From positions 3,376 through 67,375 of the forward strand of contig JAKPXO010000228.1 in the NCBI GenBank assembly GCA_029567505.1: a stretch of DNA of 64,000 nt, read 5' to 3'. Shown one piece after another: positions 9,658 to 17,803 of this stretch (position 1 is its first letter; each line of letters opens with the position of its first letter). The notes beneath the pieces were generated by a model. It saw only the letters and a list, made by a program, of their open reading frames with translations. It was not told where the DNA came from and did not search any database. The position numbers and the translations under genes are program-made. The stretch is from Acidobacteriota bacterium. GTDB taxonomy: Bacteria; Acidobacteriota; Thermoanaerobaculia; UBA5066.

Positions 9658-9931
9658 CGGTGCCGATTCTAGCGGTGCGGGGAGGAGGCCCTCGGAGGCG
9701 AGGCATCGGTCCCGGCCCGCCGCTCGCGCGGGAGCGAGGCGTTCCATGCGGCCACGCTAGGACACCCACGCGGGGAAAGGGTGACCGATCAGGAACCGAA
9801 CGATGACCCCCGATCACGTCCCGGCGACGGCGACGAGGACGCGGGGCGGCCAAAGGAGGCCGGGAGGCGGAAAATGCGGGCGATTCGGGTCTTCCGGCGC
9901 GGGCCGACCGCCGCATCCGGCGCCCCCCCGC

Positions 9932-9985
9932 TTGACGGCTCCGGGCAGGTCCCCTTATTCTCCGCGGTCCCGGCACGTGTGCCGG
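9932..9985 (+). promoter_or_regulatory. Sigma70-like promoter (TTGACG-18-TATTCT) followed by a perfect palindrome CCGGCACGTGTGCCGG, upstream of the tRNA-Val pair and thrS
   Basis: -35 at 9932-9937 and -10-like at 9956-9961. 16-bp inverted repeat with CACGTG core at 9970-9985 near the predicted start site. Confidence 0.3.
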
Positions 9986-10073
9986 AGCGGGTCTTTTGAG
10001 AATCAGATCCGGGTCGAGGGTGGGGCCGAAGTACCTCTACGAGGTCCCCTGCCGGTAGCCCTGGAAAGCACAT

Positions 10074-10148
<75 letters not shown>

Positions 10149-10170
10149 TCCCGCTTTCCGCTGCGTTCGC

Positions 10171-10246
10171 AGGCGCTTAGCTCAGCCGGTAGAGCACTTC
10201 CTTCACACGGAAGGGGTCAGCGGTTCGAGTCCGCTAGCGCCTACCA
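10171..10246 (+). tRNA. tRNA-Val (anticodon CAC)
   Basis: Same acceptor stem as the first copy. Anticodon loop TTCACAC, T-arm GGTTCGAGTCC, encoded CCA. Confidence 0.85.
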
Positions 10247-10319
10247 TCCCGCTCCATCCCTCCTCCCCAGAATCCGATCTCGAGCTTCCCGCCACCACGA
10301 GATGGAGGAGGTCGTCGCC

Positions 10320-12278
10320 ATGTCCGCCAACGCCGAAAACGTCGTCCGCCTGACCCTTCCCGACGGTTCCGTCCGGGAGGTGACTACGGGCACGACGGGC
10401 GAGGCGGTGGCGGCCTCCATCGGCGCCCGCCTCGCGAAGGACGCCCTCGCCGTCAAGGTCGCCGGGAAGATCCTCGACCTGAAGCGCCCGATCACCGAGT
10501 CGGGGGCGTTCGAGGTGATCACCCCGAAGCACCCCGACGCGCTCGAGGTCTACCGCCACTCGACCGCCCACCTCACCGCCCACGCCGTCAAGCGCCTCTT
10601 CCCGGGCGTGAAGATCGGGATCGGTCCGGCCATCGAGAACGGCTACTACTACGACTTCGACCCGGGCCGGGCCTTCACCCCGGAAGACCTCGAGAGGATC
10701 GAGGCCGAGATGCGGAAGATCGTGGCGGAGAACGCCCCGGTCGAGCGGCTCGAGATGTCGAAGGCCGAGGCCGTGAAGATCTTCGAGGAGCAGGGCGACC
10801 ACCTGAAGGTGGAGATCGTCTCCGGCATCCCCGAGGGCTCGCTCTCCTGCTACCGCCAGGCCGACTTCATCGACCTCTGCCGCGGACCGCACGTCCCCTC
10901 CACCGGGAAGCTCGGCGTCTTCAAGCTGACGCACGCCGCGGGCGCCTACTGGAAGGGCGAAGAGCGGAACCCGATGCTCCAGCGGATCTACGGGGCCGCG
11001 TTCCTCTCCCAGAAGGAGCTGGACGAGCACCTGCTTCGCATGGAGCAGGCCCGGGCCCGCGACCACCGCAAGCTCGGCAAGGAGCTGGGGCTCTACCTCT
11101 TCCACCCGTGGGCGCCGGCCTCGCCGTTCTTCCTCCCGAAGGGGGCGACGGTCTACACCCTCCTCGTCGACTACATGCGGAGCCTCTACCCGAAGTACGG
11201 GTACACCGAGGTCGTGACCCCGCAGGTCTACGACGTGGAGCTCTTCAAGAAGTCGGGGCACTACCAGAACTACCACGAGAACATGTTCTTCACGGTGGCC
11301 GACGAGCGGGAGTACGGCGTCAAGCCGATGAACTGCCCGGGCCACTTCCTGATGTTCTCGCAGCAGGCCTTCTCCTACCGCGACCTCCCGGTGAGGTACG
11401 CCGACTTCGGGCGGCTCCACCGCTACGAGCGGTCGGGCGTGACCCAGGGGCTGACCCGCGTGCGGACCTTCTGCCAGGACGACGCGCACCTCTTCGTCTC
11501 GCTCGAGGAGATGCCGGCGGAGATGGACCGCTTCATCGACCTGATCGACGAGGTCTACGGCGCGTTCGGCTTCACGGACGTGAAGGTCGCGCTCGCGACC
11601 CGCCCCGAGAAGTACATGGGGTCGCTCGAGAACTGGGACCTCGCCGAGAAGGCGCTCGCCGCGGCGTTCGAGCGGCGCGGCCGGGCGTACGAGATCAACG
11701 CCGGGGACGGCGCGTTCTACGGCCCGAAGCTCGACTTCCAGGTCACCGACGCGATCGGGCGCGCCTGGCAGCTCGGGACGCTCCAGGTCGATTTCTCGAA
11801 CCCCGAGCGGTTCGACCTCGAGTACACGGCCGAGGACGGCACCAAGAGGCGGCCGGTGGTCCTTCACCGCGCGGTCCTCGGGTCTCTCGAGCGGTTCTTC
11901 GGGATCCTCGTCGAGCACACCGGGGGCGACTTCCCGCTCTGGCTCTCGCCGGAGCAGGCGCGCGTCATCCCGGTCTCCGACAAGCTCCTCGATTACGCCC
12001 GCTCCGTCGCGGCCGAGCTCCGCGCCGCGGGCCTGCGCGTGACGGTCGACGAGCGGAACGAGAAGCTCGGGGCGAAGATCCGGCACGGCGAGCTCGAGAA
12101 GGTCCCGGCGCTCCTCGTCGTCGGCGAGAAGGAGCGCGAGGCCGGGGCGGTGTCGCTCCGGAAGCGCCACGAGGGGGACCTCGGGTCGCGGAAGCTCGCC
12201 GAGGTCGTCTCCGAGATGAAGCAGGCCGTCGCCGCGCGTGCGGCGACGTGGGGCGCGAAGACGCCCGCCAAGAAGTAA
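10320..12278 (+). CDS. thrS: Threonine--tRNA ligase
   Basis: TGS domain, second 'additional' domain, class II catalytic core and anticodon-binding domain, all with clear ThrRS motifs. Start placed at ATG 10320 (GGAGGAGG 7 nt upstream). The ORF-track ATG at 10302 lies inside that Shine-Dalgarno. Confidence 0.9.
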   Translation: MSANAENVVRLTLPDGSVREVTTGTTGEAVAASIGARLAKDALAVKVAGKILDLKRPITESGAFEVITPKHPDALEVYRHSTAHLTAHAVKRLFPGVKIGIGPAIENGYYYDFDPGRAFTPEDLERIEAEMRKIVAENAPVERLEMSKAEAVKIFEEQGDHLKVEIVSGIPEGSLSCYRQADFIDLCRGPHVPSTGKLGVFKLTHAAGAYWKGEERNPMLQRIYGAAFLSQKELDEHLLRMEQARARDHRKLGKELGLYLFHPWAPASPFFLPKGATVYTLLVDYMRSLYPKYGYTEVVTPQVYDVELFKKSGHYQNYHENMFFTVADEREYGVKPMNCPGHFLMFSQQAFSYRDLPVRYADFGRLHRYERSGVTQGLTRVRTFCQDDAHLFVSLEEMPAEMDRFIDLIDEVYGAFGFTDVKVALATRPEKYMGSLENWDLAEKALAAAFERRGRAYEINAGDGAFYGPKLDFQVTDAIGRAWQLGTLQVDFSNPERFDLEYTAEDGTKRRPVVLHRAVLGSLERFFGILVEHTGGDFPLWLSPEQARVIPVSDKLLDYARSVAAELRAAGLRVTVDERNEKLGAKIRHGELEKVPALLVVGEKEREAGAVSLRKRHEGDLGSRKLAEVVSEMKQAVAARAATWGAKTPAKK

Positions 12279-12308
12279 CGAGTCGTCGCAGCAAAAGGAG
12301 GAAGCGCC

Positions 12309-12857
12309 ATTTTCTTTCGAGGCGGTCCACGGATTCCCCCCCAGAAGAACTCCCCGATCAACGAGTTCATCCTCCGCTATCCCGAAGTGCGCCTGATCGC
12401 CGCGGACGGCGAGCAGCTCGGGGTCGTCACCCCGCAGGACGCGCTCGCGAGGGCGCGCGAGGTGGCCCTCGACGTCGTCGTCATCGCGGAGCAGGCCCAG
12501 CCTCCCGTCTGCAAGATCATGGACTTCGGCAAGTTCACCTTCGAGAAGAAGAAGAAGGAGCACGAGTCGAAGCGGAAGCAGAAGGTGACGCAGGTCAAGG
12601 AGGTCAAGTTCCGCCCGAACATCGACGACCACGACTACGACTTCAAGGTCAAGAACATGATCCGGTTCATCGAGGAGGGCGACAAGGTCAAGGCCACGAT
12701 CCAGTTCCGCGGCCGCGAGATGTCCCGCCTCGAGAACGGGCGGAAGGTCCTCCAGCGCCTCGGCGCGGACCTCGAGGGGAAGGCCCACGCGGAAGGGAAC
12801 CCCGAGATGCTCGGCAACCGGATGCACCTGATCTTCGCGCCCCCGAAGAAGCACTGA
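12309..12857 (+). CDS. infC: Translation initiation factor IF-3, probably initiating at a non-canonical ATT codon
   Basis: The in-frame extension upstream of the ORF-track GTG (12387) encodes ...[24 protein letters not shown], the conserved IF-3 N-terminus. ATT at 12309 sits 7 nt after AAGGAGG (12295-12301). Confidence 0.75.
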   Translation: MFFRGGPRIPPQKNSPINEFILRYPEVRLIAADGEQLGVVTPQDALARAREVALDVVVIAEQAQPPVCKIMDFGKFTFEKKKKEHESKRKQKVTQVKEVKFRPNIDDHDYDFKVKNMIRFIEEGDKVKATIQFRGREMSRLENGRKVLQRLGADLEGKAHAEGNPEMLGNRMHLIFAPPKKH

Positions 12858-12951
12858 CCTCCCGCCGGGGGGACCCCGGGACCGCCCCGCGACGCGGGGA
12901 CCCGCAGCCCTCCGGCTCACGAACGATCCACGGAGCAAGGAGACCCGGCCC

Positions 12952-13155
12952 ATGGCCACCCACAAGAGGAAGACCCATCGCGGCGCCGCCAAGCGCTTCA
13001 CCATCACCGCGAGCGGGAAGTTCAAGCGCGGCAACGCGATGAAGCGGCACATCCTGACGAAGAAGGCGTCCAACCGGAAGCGGCAGCTCGCGAAGTCGGG
13101 CCTCGTCGCCAAGGCGGACCAGGCCACCGTCCGGCAGATGCTTCCGTACGCGTGA
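12952..13155 (+). CDS. rpmI: 50S ribosomal protein L35
   Basis: 67 aa, [16 protein letters not shown]... Confidence 0.9.
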   Translation: MATHKRKTHRGAAKRFTITASGKFKRGNAMKRHILTKKASNRKRQLAKSGLVAKADQATVRQMLPYA

Positions 13156-13176
13156 GAAGGAAGAGGAGATAGGACC

Positions 13177-13539
13177 ATGCCTCGCGTCAAGCGCGGAACG
13201 AAGAGGAACGACCGTCGGAAGAGGATCCTGGCCCTGGCGAAGGGCTACTACGGAACGAAGCACAACTGCTTCCGCATCGCCGAGCTCCAGGTCGAGCGCT
13301 CGCTCGCATACGCCACGCGCGACCGCAAACAGAAGAAGCGCGAGTTCCGGGGCCTCTGGATCACGCGTATTAACGCCGCCGCCCGGATGAACGACATCAG
13401 CTACTCGCAGCTGGTGGCGGGCCTCAAGAAGGCCGGCTCGGACGTGAACCGCAAGGTCCTCGCCGAGATCGCCTTCCAGGATCCGAAGGGCTTCGCCGCC
13501 CTCGTCTCCTCCGCCAAGAGCGCCCTCTCCGCCGCCTGA
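13177..13539 (+). CDS. rplT: 50S ribosomal protein L20
   Basis: 120 aa, [26 protein letters not shown]... Confidence 0.9.
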   Translation: MPRVKRGTKRNDRRKRILALAKGYYGTKHNCFRIAELQVERSLAYATRDRKQKKREFRGLWITRINAAARMNDISYSQLVAGLKKAGSDVNRKVLAEIAFQDPKGFAALVSSAKSALSAA

Positions 13540-13551
13540 GGCGGGAGCCCG

Positions 13552-14643
13552 GTGAGCAGCACTCGCCCTGAGGCCGGGGGGGCGGCGCCCGTCAGCGTCG
13601 AGGAGGCACGGGGCCTCCTCGACGCCGAGCTCGCCGCCGCGGCGGGACGCGGCGGCCTCCTGCCGGGTGACGTCCACGAGCTGAAGGTCCGGTGGCTCGG
13701 GAAGAAGCAGGGCGTCGTCACGACCCTCCTCGCGCGCCTGAAAGAGGTGCCGAAGGAGGAGAAGGCCGCGTTCGGCGCGGGTGTGAACGCGCTGAAGCAG
13801 GAGGTCGAGGCGCGCCTCGACGTGCTCGAGGCGGAGGCCTCCGCCCGCGCGGCCGCGCTCGCGGAGGCGGCGAAGGCCGTCGACGTCACGCTGCCGCCGC
13901 GGGTCCCGCCGGTCGGGCGCCTCCACCCGCTGACGGTCGTGAGGCGGCGAATCGAGCACGTCTTCCGGGGCCTCGGCTACGAGGTCGCGGACGGGCCGGA
14001 GATCGAGACCGACTGGTACAACTTCGAGTCGCTCAACTTCGCCCCGGACCACCCGGCGCGCGACTCGGTCGACACGTTCTTCATCGAGGGGGGCGGGACG
14101 GGGCGCGACGCGCTCCTCCTCCGGACCCACACCTCGCCCGTGCAGATGCGGACGATGGAGGGGCGCAGGCCCCCGATCCGCGTTCTCTGCCCGGGGCGCG
14201 TCTACCGCAAGGACGACATCGACCCGCGCCACTCTCCCGTCTTCCACCAGATGGAGGGGCTCGTCGTCGACGAGGGGATCACGTTCGCGCACCTGCGCGG
14301 CACGCTCTCGGCCTTCGCGAAGAGCTTCTTCGGCGGGCGCGCCGAGGTGCGCCTCGCGCCGACGTTCTTCCCGTTCGTCGAGCCGGGGGTCGACTGCGCC
14401 GTGAGCTGCGTGTTCTGCGAGACCGGGTGCCGGATCTGCTCGTACTCCGGCTGGATCGAGATCATGGGGGCCGGGATGGTCCACCCGAACGTCCTCGCGA
14501 ACGCGGGGATCGACCCGGAGCGCTACACGGGGTTCGCGTTCGGGATGGGGATCGACCGGATCGCGATGCTCCTCCACGGCATCCCCGCCCTGCGCCTCCT
14601 CTTCGAGAACGACGTCCGGTTCCTCGACCGGACGTGGAGCTGA
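13552..14643 (+). CDS. pheS: Phenylalanine--tRNA ligase alpha subunit
   Basis: Class II motifs (FRPSYFPFTEPS-like FFPFVEPG; GMGIDRIAML). Confidence 0.9.
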   Translation: MSSTRPEAGGAAPVSVEEARGLLDAELAAAAGRGGLLPGDVHELKVRWLGKKQGVVTTLLARLKEVPKEEKAAFGAGVNALKQEVEARLDVLEAEASARAAALAEAAKAVDVTLPPRVPPVGRLHPLTVVRRRIEHVFRGLGYEVADGPEIETDWYNFESLNFAPDHPARDSVDTFFIEGGGTGRDALLLRTHTSPVQMRTMEGRRPPIRVLCPGRVYRKDDIDPRHSPVFHQMEGLVVDEGITFAHLRGTLSAFAKSFFGGRAEVRLAPTFFPFVEPGVDCAVSCVFCETGCRICSYSGWIEIMGAGMVHPNVLANAGIDPERYTGFAFGMGIDRIAMLLHGIPALRLLFENDVRFLDRTWS

Positions 14644-14706
14644 CCGTGCGCTCTGCGCCCGGGGAACGAGGAAGCCGCGGCCGCGGCTTCCCGGGGAGCT
14701 GACCCG

Positions 14707-16773
14707 ATGAAGTTCCGCCTCGAGTGGCTCGGGCAGTACCTGCCCGGCGACCTTCCCGACCTCGCCACGCTCCGCCGCCGCCTCACGGACGTCGGCTTCA
14801 TCGTGGAAGGGACGGAGGGGGAGGGGAAGGACGCGGTCCTCGAGGTCGAGCTGACGGCGAACCGCCCCGACGGTATGAACCACCGCGGGCTGGCCCGCGA
14901 GGCCGCCTGCGCCCTCGGCCGGCCGTTCCGCGACGTCCCCGTGCCGGCGCCGGCGGAGGGAGCGGCCGCGGTGTCCTCCCTCGCGACGGTGACGATCGCG
15001 GCGCCGGAGCTCTGCTCCCGGTACTCGGCGCGCGTCGTGGAGGGGATCCGGGTCCGTGAGGCGTCGGCCAGGGTGCAGGTGCGCCTCCGCGCCCTCGGCA
15101 TGAACCCGATCAGCGCGCCCGTCGACGCGACGAACCACGTCCTCTGGGACCTCGGGCAGCCGCTCCACGCCTTCGACCTCGAAACGCTCGCGAAGGGCCC
15201 GGACGGGCTCCCCGCGATCGTCGTCCGGCTCGCACGCGCCGGGGAGACGCTCGTCACCCTCGACGGCGTCGAGCGGACGCTCACTCCGGAGGATCTCGTC
15301 ATCGCCGACGCCGAGCGGCCCGTCGCCCTCGCCGGCGTCATGGGGGGCCTCGAGACGGCGATCACGCCGTCCACGACGCGCGTCCTCCTCGAGTCGGCCC
15401 ACTTCAACGCGACGGCGGTGAGGAAGACGGCCCGCCGCCACGGGATGCACACGGACGCCTCGCACCGCTTCGAGCGGGGGACCGACCCGGAGACGACGGT
15501 CGAGGCGCTCGACCGCGTCACGGAGCTCCTCCTCGCCGACTGCGGCGGAACGGTCGCGCGCGGGGTGATCGACGCCCTCGGGACGCCGCGCCCGCGGCAG
15601 ACGGTGACCCTGCGCCACGCGCGCCTCGTCTCGTTCCTCGGGATGGAGGTGCCGCTCCCGCGCTGCGCCGAGATCCTCTCCTCCCTCGCGTTCGGCGTGA
15701 GGGAAGCGGCCCCCGGAGTCCTCGAGGTCTCCGTGCCGACCTGGCGGGTCGACGTCGAGCAGGAGTGCGACCTGATCGAGGAGGTCATCCGGGTCGTCGG
15801 CTATTCCTCGCTCCCCGAGACGCTGCCGCACGCCTACAACCCCACCTGGTCCGAGCCGACCCTCGCCCGCGAGGAGCGCGCCCGGGACCTCTTCGCCGCG
15901 GCGGGCTTCGCCGAGGCGTGCACCTACTCGTTCGTCTCGGCCGAGGAGAACTCTCCTTTCGCGTCCTGCGTCGACGGGACGCCCCCGGTCGTCTCGAACG
16001 CGCTCGGGGAGCCGTTCACGACGATGCGTTCGACGCCGGTGGTCGGGCTCCTCCGGGCGGCCCGGCACAACGTCCGGCGCGGGCTCGGCGACCTCGCCCT
16101 CTTCGAGGTCGGCCGCTCCTATGCGCTCGTCGAGGGCCGCCCGGTCGAGTCCCGCCGCGCGGCGATCCTCCTGCGAGGCCGCCGCGGCGTGCACTGGGCG
16201 GCCGAGGCGCGCCCCGCCGACTTCTACGACGGCTCGGGCGCCGTGGCCGCCCTCTTCGCCGGGTTCGGCGCGCCCGCCCCGGCGTTTCGGCCGGCCGCGC
16301 TCCCCTTCCTCGCGCCGGGTCGCTCGGCCGAGGTCGTCGCGGACGGGAAGGTCGCCGGGTGGGTCGGTGTCCTCGCCGGGCCGCTGGGCGCCACGTGGGA
16401 CCTCGGAGAGGCGGTCGTCGCCGACGTCGAGCTCGCCGCGATTCCGGTGCCGTCCCCCCCATCGTCGGTGGAGATGCCGTCGAGGTTCCCCGGCAGCGGT
16501 GTCGACCTGACGGTGACGCATCCGATCGCGCTTTCGTGGGACACGCTCGTCGCGGCCGTCCGGACCGGCGCCCCGGCCGAGCTCCTCTCGGTCGAGGCGA
16601 AGTACCTCTGGCGCGGTGCCGGCGTGCCCGAGGGGCACGTCAAGACGACCCTCACCGTGGCCTTCGGGTCCGCGGAGCGCTCCCTCGAGCGCGACGAGAT
16701 CAACCGCTGGCGCGACGAGGCCGCCCGGCGCCTCCTCGCCGTCCCCGGGGCGGCGGTGGACGGAATCTCCTGA
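14707..16773 (+). CDS. pheT: Phenylalanine--tRNA ligase beta subunit (short form lacking the N-terminal OB/EMAP tRNA-binding domain)
   Basis: 688 aa. B3/B4, B5, catalytic-like and FDX-ACB domains are recognisable. The ~110-aa OB-fold segment after the first ~35 residues is absent. Confidence 0.85.
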   Translation: MKFRLEWLGQYLPGDLPDLATLRRRLTDVGFIVEGTEGEGKDAVLEVELTANRPDGMNHRGLAREAACALGRPFRDVPVPAPAEGAAAVSSLATVTIAAPELCSRYSARVVEGIRVREASARVQVRLRALGMNPISAPVDATNHVLWDLGQPLHAFDLETLAKGPDGLPAIVVRLARAGETLVTLDGVERTLTPEDLVIADAERPVALAGVMGGLETAITPSTTRVLLESAHFNATAVRKTARRHGMHTDASHRFERGTDPETTVEALDRVTELLLADCGGTVARGVIDALGTPRPRQTVTLRHARLVSFLGMEVPLPRCAEILSSLAFGVREAAPGVLEVSVPTWRVDVEQECDLIEEVIRVVGYSSLPETLPHAYNPTWSEPTLAREERARDLFAAAGFAEACTYSFVSAEENSPFASCVDGTPPVVSNALGEPFTTMRSTPVVGLLRAARHNVRRGLGDLALFEVGRSYALVEGRPVESRRAAILLRGRRGVHWAAEARPADFYDGSGAVAALFAGFGAPAPAFRPAALPFLAPGRSAEVVADGKVAGWVGVLAGPLGATWDLGEAVVADVELAAIPVPSPPSSVEMPSRFPGSGVDLTVTHPIALSWDTLVAAVRTGAPAELLSVEAKYLWRGAGVPEGHVKTTLTVAFGSAERSLERDEINRWRDEAARRLLAVPGAAVDGIS

Positions 16774-16784
16774 AGGAGAACCAG

Positions 16785-17123
16785 ATGAGCGGAAAGAAGG
16801 ACAAGGCTCCTGTCGAGGAGCCGGCTTCGGAAACGGTCTCGGAGCTGGAGCAGCTGCTCGGCGTGATGGAGGAGAAGGTGACCCGTCTCCTTTCCGCGGT
16901 GAGATCGGCCGCCGGTGAGAACGCCCGGCTGCTCGCGGCGCTGGAGGAGACGGCCGCCGAACGGGATCGTCTCAAGGCCGAGCTCACGGACAGCCGGGAG
17001 GGAGCCGTCCACGTGGCCGAGCTGAACGAGAAGCTTTCTCGGCTGGCGGGCGAACGGGAAGAGGTCCGGGCCCGTATCGAACGTCTGGTCAAGAGCTTGG
17101 AGGACCCGGCCGCGATCGGCTGA
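16785..17123 (+). CDS. zapB: Coiled-coil cell-division protein, ZapB-like
   Basis: 112 aa, entirely coiled-coil (LEQLLGVMEEKVTRLL...RDRLKAEL...). AAGGAG 6 nt upstream of the ATG. It is the C-terminal part of spurious ORF 15765-17123, which overlaps pheT out of frame. Confidence 0.5.
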   Translation: MSGKKDKAPVEEPASETVSELEQLLGVMEEKVTRLLSAVRSAAGENARLLAALEETAAERDRLKAELTDSREGAVHVAELNEKLSRLAGEREEVRARIERLVKSLEDPAAIG

Positions 17124-17173
17124 GTCGGCGCGTGCTATCCTCGGAACGGCAGCAGCGAAGGAGAGCTGCCGGG

Positions 17174-17530
17174 ATGGAGAACAGGCCGACCGTCATTCAG
17201 GTGGAGATTTTCGGACAGACCTATTCGGTCCGCGCGGCGGGCGAGGAGGAGTACATCCGTGACCTCGCCGCGTTCGTGGACCGGAAGATGCGGGAGGTGG
17301 CGGCGCACGCCCCGACCGTCGACTCGACGAAGATCGCCATCCTTGCGGCCCTGAACGTCTCCGACGAATTCCATCAGTACCGAAACAAGACCCGGATGGG
17401 TGATCCGGGGCGGCTCGTCCCGGTGGCGGGCCGTCTCGTCGAGAAATTGGATGAGATTCTCGGGATCCTGCCTGCGGAACTCCCGGCGGACGCCGGAACG
17501 GAATGGCGTGGCACCCTGCGCGGTGCGTGA
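17174..17530 (+). CDS. zapA: Cell-division protein ZapA
   Basis: VQVEIFGQTYSVRAAGEEEYIRDLAAFVDRKMREV is a ZapA family signature. Start moved to ATG 17174 with AAGGAG upstream. Confidence 0.7.
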   Translation: MENRPTVIQVEIFGQTYSVRAAGEEEYIRDLAAFVDRKMREVAAHAPTVDSTKIAILAALNVSDEFHQYRNKTRMGDPGRLVPVAGRLVEKLDEILGILPAELPADAGTEWRGTLRGA

Positions 17531-17803
17531 TTGAGCACATGTCCTTGAACCGATATTTGGACCCCGAACGCCTCGAAGCCCGGCCACCCTGTGACGCCCC
17601 GGCCCCGGCCGGGGAACTGACGGGTCGCCCCGCGGCGTTCTCCCTGGTTTGGCAAGGGTTCAAAGACGCTCGCTCACACGGCCGAGGCGGGGGCCTTTTC
17701 CCCTCTTCGAGGACGTCGTAGCGGCAGCAGATCTCCGGCCTCTCGGCCCGGTTTCCCGGCTCAGGATCACCCTCGAAGAGACGCAAGACGAGGGGGATCA
17801 CAG

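Noticed and set aside
15765-17123. 452-aa ORF spanning the 3' part of pheT and ZapB
   Set aside because: It overlaps pheT out of frame and is Arg-rich for its first ~340 aa. Only the final 112 aa (from ATG 16785, with an SD) look like a genuine coiled-coil protein.
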